A DNA stretch of 64,000 nucleotides, taken from positions 62,001 through 126,000 of the forward strand of contig NMRA01000487.1 in NCBI GenBank assembly GCA_002633005.1, in the 5' to 3' direction. Origin of the DNA: Phoronis australis (taxonomy: Eukaryota > Animalia > Phoronida). The translations under genes and the position numbers were made by a program. This document shows positions 26,801 to 39,100 of the stretch, in pieces (the first letter of the stretch is position 1; every line of letters begins with the position of its first letter). The notes under the pieces are model-generated. The model saw nothing but the letters and a program-made list of their open reading frames with translations. It had not been told where the DNA came from and did not search any database.

Positions 26801-29637
26801 TCCGTCCGTCCGTCCGGCGTCCGTCCGGCGTCCGCTGCTTTATCTCCAAAACCCTTTGACATACGATCATGAAATTTGGCACATGTTCCATTCATGAATG
26901 GGACGGCATGTGCAAACTTTCGAACGGATCCGACTACCAGTGTGCCCCCTAGTGGCAATTTTATTTTTTACGTTTACCTTTGTATCTTCAAAAGTCCTTA
27001 ACGGAATATTCATGAAATTTAATATGTAGGCACCTATTAGTGAGATGACGCTATCCACCCATTTTCGGGTGGATAGAGATCTATATCATAAGATTTTTTT
27101 GCTGGCTAAACATGGGTTTAATAGTCATTTTGATTTGTTGACCTTGAACTGGTAAGAAATGTATAAGATTGCAAAAAATAATACTTGAGGTATCTGATAA
27201 AGACTGCTAGGGAGGAAAATAGAGGTGGAATGAAAGTAGAGAGGAAAGGAAGCAGGCAGATGGAGCTTGAAATGTCAACAATTTTTTGTATCGATATAGA
27301 ATTCTCTCTGGCAGTTCAATCATTTCTTAATGGTCGGTAACGGCTTTTTTTACTTTTTTAAGTTTAGATTATTCTTACGTGACCTGTGGGTGATTTATAT
27401 TTCCCAGTCACATGAAAGTTGTGTTCTGACTTTTCGATGACATTTTAAACTACTGACCGTTGTTGCTGCAGCAACCCAAGAAGAATTGTCCAAAGTTGAG
27501 GTGGTTTACAAGACTATCAAGGGATGGAAGTGTGACATCTCAGAGGTCAGGAAGTTCAGCGACCTTCCGGAGTCAGCTCAACAGTACATTAAGATTGTCG
27601 AGAACGAAGTGGGCGTCCCAGGTTAGTTTTCTCTTCGCGAATCGGCCATCTTTTATGCTTGAGGCAGATAAAGAGAAACCTTCGCCGTACACGTATACCG
27701 TTTCAGAATGACATCTAAAAAGTTTTTCTGTTGGGAGTACCTTTTAATTTTTTTCGCAACATTTTTAATTTCACTGGCCTGAATCATGTTTATTTAATTT
27801 AGTCTTTTCTATTATTAGACTTGCCTCTGAAAACTTGATTAATTTTAGTCTGAAGTTAACATGGAATATATAGTGGTTTGTGGGGTTTACAAACTTTTTG
27901 NTTTGGACTACTGTGGCGCCTCCTAGTGGCAGTTTTGTTTTTTGCGCCTATGGCTGTATCTCCTAAACCGTTCGGAGGATCTTTACGAAATTTAATAAGT
28001 GTATTTATATGATGTTAACAATAAACAACCCTAGAAGGATACCGTATACGGTGCAATTGTGGGCGCATTTCAACGCTCTGCGTTGCTCTTGCAGCAGGAA
28101 GAGATCTATATCAAAAGATTTTTTTGCCGGCTAAACATGGGTTTAATAGTCATTTTGATTTGTTGACCTTGAACTGGTAAGAAATGTATAAGATTGCAAA
28201 AAATAACACTTGAGGTATCTGATAAAGACTGCTAGGGAGGAAAATAAGAGGTGGGATGAAAGTAGAGAGGAAAGGAAGCAGGCAGATGGAGCTTGAAATG
28301 TCAACAATTTTTTGTATCGATATAGAATTCTCTCTGGCAGACCAATCATTTCTTAATGGTCGGTAACGGCTTTTTTTACTTTTTAAGTTTAGATTATTCT
28401 TACGTGACCTGTGGGTGATTTATATTTCCCAGTCACATGAAAATTGTGTTCTGACTTTTCGATGGCATTTTAAACTACTGACCGTTGTTGCTGCAGCAAC
28501 CCAAGAAGAATTGTCCAAAGTTGAGGTGGTTTACAAGACTATCAAGGGATGGAAGTGTGACATCTCAGAGGTCAGGAAGTTCAGCGACCTTCCGGAGTCA
28601 GCTCAACAGTACATTAAGATTGTCGAGAACGAAGTGGGCGTCCCAGGTTAGTTTTCTCTTCGCGAATCGGCCATCTTTTATGCTTGAGGCAGATAAAGAG
28701 AAACCTTCGCCGTACACGTATACCGTTTCAGAATGACATCTAAAAAGTTTTTCTGTTGGGAGTACCTTTTAATTTTTTTCGCAACATTTTTAATTTCACT
28801 GGCCTGAATCATGTTTATTTAATTTAGTCTTTTCTATTATTAGACTTGCCTCTGAAAACTTGATTAATTTTAGTCTGAAGTTAACATGGAATATATAGTG
28901 GTTTGTGGGGTTTACAAACTTTTTGACCACTTTGTCAGAATGAGATTGTTTTTTTTTCTTGATTATACAAACGTATGTACAAAATATCATATTTACAAGT
29001 TTTCAAGGTAGCGCTAGTAAGATATCCAAGAATAACTATACATCGACATAACAGAAAGATTACAGTGTGTTACATAATTGTTATATAACGTACGTGATGA
29101 TAACTGTTATATCTTCATGCGTGATATGCAAGCCGATTTAAATTTAAATGAGGACGAAGCGTTATATAACATATTTATCATACTTATCTCATGAACTATT
29201 TTTAAGACGTGCAATTACACAAATCTAAGCAGCAGCATCTGATAAAGTGTATTGATCAATATGGTGTTTGAAAAATGCGTGTTGTCGCTGATGGGTTTGT
29301 TGTATTTTCTTTCAGCACTTATGATAATGCTCGTTTCACTTTGAATATATTCCTACTTGAGTGATTATGAGACGTGCTAGGTAATTTTGTTGTCTTGTGT
29401 GTCCTGCTGAAATATGGACTATAAATGAAAATTAGTTAAGAATTAACAGTGAGTTTTATTATTGATTACCGGTGTGCTCATATTTTTATTATAACCAAAC
29501 TAGAAAATGTTGGTAGTGTCTGTACGGTAATGTTTTTTTTTGGTTAGATGGATTTATATGCAGAGATAATTTCTTTCATTTCAGTAAAGTGGGTTGGCGT
29601 TGGCCAGGCAAGGTCCTGTATGATCGAAATGTTCTGA
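11841..29637 (+). CDS. ADSS: Adenylosuccinate synthetase, 445 aa. Exons: 11841-12008, 16050-16152, 16677-16790, 21146-21203, 22564-22671, 23199-23280, 23944-24067, 24192-24346, 24647-24771, 26125-26222, 27472-27621 (or its identical copy 28497-28646), 29585-29637
   Basis: Signature motifs [87 protein letters not shown]. Exons join in frame (1338 nt including TGA) with GT-AG boundaries. Confidence 0.97.
12257..12491 (+). mobile_element. MITE with TA-flanked TIRs (Tc1/mariner-pogo-like). Related copies at 22104-22345, 49056-49294, about 54765-54960 and about 56880-57095
   Basis: tacggtaaaatctcacca ... tggtgagatttcacagta. Internal aatatggc.gacaagtgaaa and ttgaaaaat.gaaaaa shared among copies. 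Confidence 0.7.
12641..12758. mobile_element. Palindromic MITE with CACTG...CAGTG termini. Longer copy at 2324-2558; fragments near 35490-35560 and 60050-60115
   Basis: cactggtcggatatagtggtccatgattttgagaaccag / ctggttctcaaaatcagggaccgctttatctgaccagtg form about 38-bp imperfect TIRs. CACTG ends suggest the CMC/EnSpm superfamily, but no TSD is visible. Confidence 0.65.
12960..13125 (-). mobile_element. Non-LTR retrotransposon ORF2 3'-end fragment
   Basis: [26 protein letters not shown] matches the C-x2-C..E..H-x4-C..Y...R zinc-knuckle found at the C-terminus of many LINE ORF2 proteins. Confidence 0.6.
19454..19545. repeat. About 45-bp tandem duplication, with a diverged third copy near 19651-19700
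   Basis: ttcaagggctacaatcaacgaccaaagttcattcgc occurs twice in tandem. Confidence 0.9.
21473..22017 (+). mobile_element. Non-autonomous DNA transposon with TTAA target sites, Kolobok-like; best-preserved copy of a family
   Basis: TTAA-GGTTAGGTAGGAC ... GTCCCACATAACT-TTAA: imperfect TIRs with RR..YY termini inside TTAA, the Kolobok signature (piggyBac has CC..GG termini). Confidence 0.7.
22104..22345 (+). mobile_element. MITE, same family as 12257-12491
   Basis: TIRs tacggtatttcttcacttattt / aaataagtgaagaattacagta. Confidence 0.7.
26750..27075 (+). mobile_element. Interspersed repeat with a (TCCG)n microsatellite and internal subrepeats, resembling DINE-1/Helitron-like non-autonomous elements. 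Related pieces at 27902-28090, 33230-33490 (minus) and about 24870-25100
   Basis: ccgtccgtccgtcc tract, tatctcc.aaacc, atgaaattt, gccccctagtggca subrepeats; 3' end gggcgcatttcaacgctctgcgttgctcttg at about 28060-28091. Confidence 0.55.
27075..28925 (+). repeat. Near-identical 826-bp duplication (27075-27900 and 28100-28925) containing ADSS exon 11, separated by an N at 27901
   Basis: Offset 1025 bp. Exon and downstream flank are identical; upstream intron differs by several SNPs and small indels. Confidence 0.95.
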
Positions 29638-31753
29638 AGCCTGTCAATGTGTGGATGAAGAAGCAACTCAACCAGGAATCTCCTGCAAAGTTTGAACTTA
29701 TTACTTCCAGTAGTGAACGTTTTTAGATGCTCTATACATCACCAGTATGAATATTTTTTTTACTCTTGGGTTTTTCGATTGGTTGAGAAGGCATTGTTGA
29801 AGATTGCGCGAGTTGTGATTAGTCTTTTGTCTTTCTGTTATGAGCTGGTAATCTGAATTTATTACATCTTGGGAAGACGGTGAAGATAAGATTTTTGCCT
29901 TCTGAGGACTAGAAAGCATTGTTGTTTCTGTTTGCATGTGTGGAATACTATGTTCCCACGCATATTTTTGCTGGGTTTTTTTCCTGTTGTGTGGACCATC
30001 TAGATATGAGGCATTTTTGCTTTCAAATTTCATGTAGTCAAGGTGTGTGTTCGGAGTGTTTTTCATGAAGATTACCTCACTCGCACAAGGACGTAAAGCA
30101 GCTGGTGGTTGCACTGCAGTTTTGTGGATTGTAGAACCAGTGAATATGTATCTCGCAAGTGTTTTAAAGCAGTTTTTTGCAAGTATGTGAACATGGTGTA
30201 AATATCGTGTATTGCAAAATAAACTGTTTTGGGGGGCTTCTTCCAAGGTAAAATTGTATATACTGATACTTGTATGGCATTTATTGTTGTCAGTCTTAAG
30301 TTGCATTAGTTTTTTTATTAATTTTGAAAACATGCTCTTATAAACTTGACAGTTTTAGTTTTTCTGATAGATAATGGGGTGTTCTTAGTTCGTTCAATGC
30401 TAACATTCAAACTTGTAGATTTTATGTTACTGTCAAGGCAATCGTCTCCCTTTGTATTAAGACTGCCACTGTTTTAGATACTTGATTTGTGTTAACCAGA
30501 TACCATATTTTATCATACTGTATAAATTGGCGAGACTTTATCACTGAGCAAAACTTGTTTTGTTGCAAGTCTGAATTATATAAACTGATCGCAAATGTCT
30601 AAGTCGTTTTTTTTCTTCAATGTCCGGAATTGGGACACAGACCAGCAATAGGGTGGTGGCCTGTAACCTTGCACTAAAATATTTGTTCATACAGACAAAA
30701 TTCACCAAAATCAGCATTTTAAAAATCGAGCTCATGCCAAACCATCTGCAGCGGTTAATGGAACTTTCCGTACAGAAGTGGCGAGGGTTAGAACCAAGAT
30801 GGCCGCATCTCTCAAGACATCCTAGTGAGGTGGTCATACTTTCCGTCCCTATTGGGTTTTTGCACCTGCATTTGAAAAACAGGCTAAACAGAGCATTATC
30901 AGTGGTGAATTTAGAGGGGGGGCCATGCCCCCCACCCCTAAAATTCTCCCAGATTCCATTTGGCAGTTCAGGGGTGCGAACATCTGACTGGCAAAATCCT
31001 GGCTAACTTTTACGCAGTTCCAGCACTAAAGCCCAGTAAAATAAGTGGACAAGTAATTCCAGGGCTTGCAATTTTCCTCTTTAAAGGTCTTGAGAGGACT
31101 TCCTCGTTTTTGGTTTCGATTTCCTCTTATTTGATTTCCAGTTTCCTCTTTTTCGTATCTTTTTTATCATCATCTTGACTTTATTCACACAAGAACGTCA
31201 ATTTCAGTTAAGATTTTACGACACAAAAATATCACACAAGCCTATTTGTGGAACAATGCGTCACTGGAAGTTCCCCCTTTTCGTTATTTTTCATTCCAAG
31301 CTCTGAAGTATCTGGGTGGGCAAGGTATTGTTCTTAGTTTACCGCACTTTACTTGAAAAAACACCAGACATTCTTGAGAAATAAGTCTTGTTCATGTGGC
31401 TCGTATCACTGCACACAATGAAGTATACACAAAATAATGACTTGTCTCCAGGAAGCAATAATTTTTGGCCATATGAAATTGCTAAACTACAACGTAGAAA
31501 ATGCTGTTCCTTCTCGCGAACAACTTCACAACCTAAAATGATGTTGCAGGTAACTGACAATCTAAAAAGGACATTTACTGGTAATATTTACAATAGACTG
31601 ATTGCCAATAGCCACAAACATTTCAGAATAAAATCTAAATGGGCATAACTCAACTCCGACACTCAAATAGCATAAAATCTAACTGGACACGGTTAATGGT
31701 CTTAAAATTGAAGTCAGAATAGCTCCTTGTAGAAGTATTGTGATCCTAGTGAA

Positions 31754-31841
31754 AAATCAACATGAAGACGCTTCAAATCAACATGAAGACACTTCAAATC
31801 AACATGAAGACACTTCAAATCAACATGAAGACGCTTCAAAT
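31754..31841. repeat. 21-bp minisatellite AAATCAACATGAAGAC(G/A)CTTC x4
   Basis: Directly visible; lies about 450 bp downstream of the NAA40 stop codon (probable 3' UTR). Confidence 0.95.
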
Positions 31842-32282
31842 AATATACAGTGGTCTAAGCTTGATGTGACAAAAGGTCGGTATTCAATAAATATACACAA
31901 CTAGACTGACTAGGAACAATTGAACAAAAAAGGAAAACAACTAAAAACAATATAAATTAAAACTTTATCATAGTCTGTAGTGGAGAAAGGCAATTACTCA
32001 GAGACTGCATGCTTACTGTTTTGGACGTTTTGAACTGCACTTTACAGTCCTTTGTCACTCAGTGGTGGGTCATCGATGTTTCCTAACAAAAACTGGTGCT
32101 TCAGGAAGAAGTCATCTTTATAAAAACCAAAAATTCTACCATGAATCATGACCTATATACAACGCCACCATTCAAATTGAATCAACAAATCTCGTGTCTC
32201 TGAGCTTGAGGTATCTACAATAGTCTCTCCATAGAACCATACATCGATCTGTACACACACGATAGAACAGCTTGGTCTCCAG

Positions 32283-35200
32283 TTAATTTGTGGTAAGTTC
32301 ACTCATTTGAGTATTCAGTGATTGCGGGACTTTCTCGAGCGGTTTCCGCTGTTCAATGAATTTACTGAGGATCTGGTAAGCATTCTCTTCCTCCAGGAGA
32401 TATGAAACTGGTGATGTTTCATCAACATCAAAACTGAAAAATAAAGTTTAAAATGTCCTTACATCGGATGACAATCTGTTTTATACTGCAATAGGTTTCT
32501 TAGGATTTAATCTAACCTATTCGTCTTCACTAGATATTTCCACACGAAATTCTGAAGCCTGGAAAATCACACTTTTGAAGCCACCGCTAAACGAAATGCT
32601 CTGGTTTTCCACCTAGAGCGCTTGGATGCTGCATCCCCACATACTGACGCAAAAGAAAACTAAAAATTCACTAGGTGACGTTAGTAAACCAATGGTTCTA
32701 CCCATAGACATATGCACTCAGGTTATCACGTAGACTATTATCCCATAAACGTCCCCATGCCAATTTACTAGCCCACCTTCCATAGACTCAAGCCAAGAAT
32801 CTCACAAAAACGCAAGACTTGCCATGCATTACATACGAACCACGGGATCACATAAACTTTACTCGCTAAATTCTATGGAACACTGTTCTGCTTTTGGCTC
32901 TCAATCTAATCACAAGTTAAAAAGAAGGGCCTTTCTTCATTAGCAACACTTAGTGAATCAATAGTCTTCCATTAGGATACCTCTAAATGGTTAAATACTT
33001 ACTTGAGAACTTTCGTAAAGAAATCCAATGCGACCTCATTCTTTGTAAACACGGTGAGCATGATTTTTCTCATTTGTGTTCTGAAAGCAATCGCAGGCTA
33101 AATTACCATACTTGGAAACTTCCCAAGAGTTTTCCCCTTTGTTGGTTTGGAAAGCTATGAGTTGTCAATTTGAGAAAGCATTTTCTGCTATATTGATAAC
33201 AAGAGCAACGAATGCACCACAAACGGTGTGCTTCTAGGGGTGTGTATTTGTGTCATAAAAATGGCCACTAGACCGCACAAAATATGTCGAATCCATCCGA
33301 AAACTGGGATATGTCATCAAAGCTATTTACCAAATTTCACACAAATCCATTAAAGAACTTCTGAGTAACTAAGGAAAATGGATTAAGATGAAATTGCCAC
33401 TAAGAGGCTATGGACACAAAAAAAAACATAACTGCCACTAGGAGGTGCCACATTAGTTGAAGTCGTAAGAAAATCATTGTCAACCGTCCTGTTCGCATCA
33501 AGAACAGTCTCGATCTTAAAGAAGCATTTAACTTTGTCACAAGAATCATAAAAATAGAATCTCTAACAAACTATCAATTCCTCCAAAAACTGGGGGGTTC
33601 GCTGTAACCACGTAATTAGAGGCTGGACGGGGGAGGGGGTTATATCATGATGACGCGTGATGACCGACATGGGGAGTGGTAAAAAGTGGCTCATTTTGGA
33701 TGACATGTTATGTAAACATGCCTTCACCATTTAAACATGCTTTAATGAATAATCTGCTATTTAAAGTTTGAAGTTGGGCTCAGCGGTTGAACAAAACCTG
33801 CGAAGTTCGTGGGTTCAATTCCACACTACTGCTATTCTTGTCAAATTATTTTTCTCGACGGGAACACCACCTTTAATCAAATGCTATTGGGTGCAATTTT
33901 AAACTAGGATAAACACGAATACCACAAACACTGTGGACTGAAATCTTACAAAAAGTTTGTCACACTTACTTGAATGCCATTAGTTGTAAAATTTGCATTA
34001 GAAACTTCCCAAGGCCTTTCCGTCTAGCTTCTTGTGAGATCTGAATTTCATAGCTGCAACGAATAAGAATCGCATATTTAGCATGTACGATAACATAAAA
34101 TACAGTGACCTAAAACAAAAGGGCAAACAATTTGAGGTTATTGTCTAGAATAGAGGCTTGTTTACCCCAAATGTTATTGACCTATAACGTCTCACACCTG
34201 AGTGACCTTTTACTTGTGACCGTGACCTTTAGACCATGCTGGTTCTTTTCAATTAAAGTGGGATTATTGTATCTGCACACCAGAGCCCTACCAGTATAAC
34301 ACATGGTCGTCGAAGTCCATGTCAAATCTGAAGTGGCAGAATCCCACGGGGTTTCCTTGGTTACTCCTGGCAACTAAGTACCAGGCTGACGACTCAGTCA
34401 TCTCATCTCTCTTCTCTTTATCTTTCCAGCCCCAGCCACTAGACTCATACCTGTAAACAACATAGTCCTTGTTTGAAGACATAATGCATTACTACTAGCT
34501 CCACCAAGGGTTTAAGTATGGAACTAACCCATTCACAATGAGGCTAACAGCCCCCTTGCTTAACGCATAAATTAACAATGGCAACCTGTCAGATGCAATG
34601 AATTGATTTCAGCCTTCAGTATTAACATTTTAATCACTCGTAATCTGAGGAAGATACAAACTGAGACACTCTTGTAGCTTACATTTTGTTAAGAAGTTGG
34701 TGCTTGTGATGTCAAAATCATAAAATGCAAGTGAAATGGGACTTCCACAATGTCTTCCAGAAACTTCCATACTCTTTATAATTGTCACTAGTTTGTTCAT
34801 ATTTGTTTCAATGTCTCATTTCATCCACATTACATCAGTATTGACCTTATGTCCTCTACTGCAAACTTGGTCGGTGTTTAAATATCTCTAACTGTTTGGA
34901 AAGACCACTTACTGCGATTCCATGTTATGTTTCGTCAGATCAAACGCCCAATTGATGGTGTCCTGGTCCATATCTCCTACTCGCTTGCATTCAATACTAG
35001 CGGTTAATCTAGGATGAGAAACAATTTATTAAAACATTAAGATAATAACATTTGAAATTTGTTTTATTACACAAGTAGTCACATTACTTTATCTTAATGA
35101 GAGAATTCTAAATCCAAGAACAGAATTACTTTAACTGGAGTAAATTAGGAATGAAAATCTAATCTTTTAAAACATTGAAATCTACACTGATAAAAATCCA

Positions 35201-38200
35201 CTCAAAGTTTTGTCAATCAAGATTTCTGGACAAAAGCCTTTAGTTGGAGATTATATTTAAGAAACACTCCCATTATCACAAATACTGCCTGAAACACAGT
35301 TATTTTTATTTTAAAACAAAAAATAGCAAAACATTGGTCAAAGGCTAGGATAGGACAAAGTATTTAATAGAAATATTAGTGTTTGAACCTCTTTGGAATG
35401 TATATGCATCTAGACGAGTGACAAAAATAAGGCACGTGACAAGATTTGCCATCAAATATTAAAAGTCAATGGAAATAATAGTTTACAGGCTGTCTGATTT
35501 TTTAAACCAGTTTCCTGCTTCAAACTGGTTCTCAAAATCCAGGATCACCCATTGAGTGGTTAGTGCTGATTCAACATACCCATTACGATCGAATTTCTTA
35601 AATGCAGTAAAGGTTGCCATCGGATCTTCAAGCTGAAACCAAAGTAATGATAAGCAATTTATCACATTGCACTGTTGATCATTTAAAGTGACACGCAGTG
35701 TAGTCGCGAGTGCCGTACACATCACACTCAAATTGTACATCAAACATTTACCTGCATACGTCGAAATTGTGATCGCGTGAGCACATTTATCTTAAAAAAT
35801 ACAGTGAATAAAGCTGTACAGAGATCAAGATCGTCGAAAGAGCCGATTCGACTTTTTACTTTTCACTTGTCACTAACAACATTTGCAATTTCTACCAAGC
35901 AGTGTTCTTGTGAACTAAAGCATTCACTTCGCTCATTGGTTGGCATTTGGGTCACTTGATGACGCCATTAGGTAAAAAACTGAGACCACAAGATGGCAGA
36001 CGATTTGATCCGTTGTTCGAGAAAGGTAAAAGAGGCGAAATAAACATGTAAAGGGAGTTTTATTTTGCTTAGTTGGTACTAACACACTGAACAAAAATTT
36101 TCCTTCCATTTCTTTGGTTTATATCCATTTCACCAAGTGGTGAAAAGCACTATTCAGGAGCCGAGTATTGGCTTCACACAATACAGTGTGTGCTGTCAAC
36201 TTCAAACTGGAAATTTGGAGCGGGAGTAGTGTTGGGTCAGATTGATGAGAGAACTCCTCTAAACCATGAATAGAAATTAAGATCGGAAACATTAGAGGCC
36301 TACACAGCTGGAAACAATGAAAAACACATTTAAGTTTTCTCGTGAACTTGTTACAAAAATACCTTGTTCAGACTGATAGATGGAGCTCCTAAAATCATTG
36401 TGCAAAACTATTAACATCAAAATTGTGATACAGAAGTCTTAAAAACACGTGGAAAATGTGCCAAAAGTTGTTTATTGTTTATCACAAGGATGCCGCGTTC
36501 ATCACTCAGCACAATTTAAACCGACGTTAGAGACATTAGCAGTAGAAATTATGATAACCTTCATGGAACATAACCTCATTGTACGTCTGGAACCAGTTGC
36601 AACTATTTACCTGATTGGCAGCGTCTACCAAACCTTGTGAAACAACCATTCGAGCATTTTCCTGGAAAGACATAATTTAAAACTACTTTTTCTTCCACAT
36701 ATGCAAAACATAATTACCTCAGCAGAACGACTGACCACTGCTATCTTTATTAGAGTTAACCTTAAAGCTTGCCATTTCAAATTAGCCTAATTAGTACTGA
36801 ATGAGACTTAACTTTATAATAAACCTTTCTTTAAAGGTGCTATGTCTCATTAAATCGTAAATATTTAGATTTTAAGCAGGTGCCTGGAAAACTGTGTTCA
36901 AGTATAATCACTACATCCACCTGGCAGTTTTTAAATTCGCCATATTCCCCTAATGAGAAAATTGGTCATCATTGAGCATGTGCGACATTCCTAGTTTTTG
37001 TTTGACAAAAAAGGCTGCCCGATCTCAGACATACGCCTGGTGAGCCAGTTCTTCAATTCAGGTATCTCATTATTTTCCTTTTAGGCTGTTGTCAACTATA
37101 GGGTCCAGAACATTCGCAACACCACACATGGCGTTTCCTTGGTTTGGAGACCTCATTTCCAGTTTGGCAAACTGGGAAATTTGCTAGGTCATATCTGGCT
37201 ACTTGATGTTATGATAAACATTGAGTCCTGCATAGAGTACCTCTTTTCGCCTTTGCTTCTTTTCCTTTGCTTTGTTTGACTTTTTCTGAAATCAGGAATT
37301 AACATTTGAAACAACAAAAAATGGCAAGTCATGATTTGAGTGTATGCACAATCCCAAAGTATCATGATAACGACTGAAAAATGAGATTATCATTGTCCAT
37401 GAATGAGAATAAGAGATCCCACTTAAAAGATTAGCAATTCATGCACTTGTTTTGCAGCTTAGTGATATGTCAATTGCTTACCAGCAAGAGATGTACCCAG
37501 GTTGGGAGGGGGGGGTTGCTTCTTCAGGCAATAATGCTAAACTTCCCATGGTGGCATGGTCATGTTGTCAAGTTAGACAGTGCCACTACATTTACTTAGC
37601 AGTAGAGACAGTGATGTTCTCATACGCACTTCATACGCCAGAAGCTTTTCGGTGAATAATGCCTCACATTGATTAAACCATCAAAGTCACTTTGCTACAA
37701 GTACCTTTTACACGTACAGGGACACCTTAGGAGGCCGTCAATCTCTTTAATTTCTTCCAACATGCCGCTAAATCATCGTGAGAGACCGTCCGGAGTTGGT
37801 ATATGGCGCAAATCTGGACGGTCTGGGGTCAATAGAAAACCACAGTTAAACTGTGAGTCTACACCAATGTGATAAATGAGAGTAGTTCTACTTGGTGTGT
37901 CAGCTGCAGGTATGCTTATCTCTTTTATGACACACAACGTGTGACTGGGCAAAGCGTTTTCAAAATAATGTGGATAAATCACTGGAGTATGAGACCCCTG
38001 AGGTCCCTGCCAAGTCCTCACAACAATTCTATGTTATGAACTTCAACTTCAAGGTTTAATCAGTGTGAGGCATAATTCGCCGAAAAGCTTTTCGCATATG
38101 AAGGGCCTATCACCATCTCTACTGCTAAGTAGAGGTGGTGGCACTGCCTAGGAGTTGAGTCTGCGGTACTGAGACTAGGCAGTGACCACCCTCTCTAGCT

Positions 38201-38902
38201 GGCCAGTAGAAACGGTCGAAGCTCCATACGCTGGAAGCTTTTCAGAGAATCATGACTCACACTTATTGAAACATCAAAGTCACATTGTTATAAGTAAATT
38301 TTGGCCATAGAGGGACATCTTAGGAGGTCGTCCATGTCTTTAATTACTTTTAACTCAAGCAGATACTCTTGTTATCAAACTTTCTAGCAGTCCTTCGTTC
38401 AGATCCCAAAATCAGAAACAGGTCAGTTTTTACACAGCGTATGCCACGGGATATGACATCATACCACCTGGCACAAAGTGTTAAAAATGACCAGTTGCTG
38501 ATTTGTGCAACTGAACGAAGGGCTCGAAAAAGGTGCGATTATTATGGAAGTATTTGTTCGAGTTGTGGAATAAGAGGACCAATAAGGATCGAATTATAGC
38601 AGTTCATGCCTCCTAAGGTGTCCCTCTACTCTATGTGCAAAAGGTACTTTAAACAAAGTGAATTTGGTGTCTTAACCCGTGTGAAGCATAGTTCGCAGTA
38701 AAGCTTCCAGCGTATGGCTCTTACACAGGAGCTTCACCGTCTCTGCTGGGGCCAGCGAGAGACGGTCGGTGGTCACTACTGTGACAAGTAAAACTTTGAG
38801 TAGGGTAGGCCCTCTCTTGTCAACCGATACGCTGATCTCTATACATTCACGTACAATTAATACCATAAACTGGTAGGTATCAATAGTAACACTTACACCC
38901 AT
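32283..38902 (-). CDS. NAA40: N-alpha-acetyltransferase 40 (NatD, histone H4/H2A N-terminal acetyltransferase), 240 aa. Exons: 38897-38902, 37241-37285, 36611-36661, 35580-35632, 34913-35008, 34292-34450, 33970-34053, 33003-33080, 32283-32433
   Basis: Spliced translation [17 protein letters not shown]...FKKFDRNGL...[10 protein letters not shown]...[17 protein letters not shown]...FCHFRFDMD...[26 protein letters not shown]...KIMLTVF...DETSP matches NAA40, including the GNAT acetyl-CoA motif RRKGLG. 723 nt in frame, GT-AG introns. Confidence 0.95.
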
Positions 38903-38904
38903 TT

Positions 38905-39100
38905 TGAAACGAGATGAAAACGATGTACGAACAGCGAAGTTTCTCAATGACCTGCTAATGAAAAGTGCGGGAAATCACGATTCAAAAATAAGAATATGGC
39001 GGGAAGGACGAGATAGAAATTATCGATATAATGTATGTCAGGTCATTCTGTAGGCTTATAGGTGTCGCTATTGACATTCCATGCGGGACAGGCATTTTCC
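38905..39100 (-). promoter_or_regulatory. Probable NAA40 5' UTR/promoter
   Basis: Directly upstream of ATG 38902; YY1-like AATATGGCGG 38993-39002 and E2F-like GCGGGAAA near 38967. Confidence 0.4.

Noticed and set aside
29701-30333. 210-aa minus-strand ORF
   Set aside because: Antisense to the probable ADSS 3' UTR, no recognisable domain, composition typical of translated AT-rich non-coding DNA.
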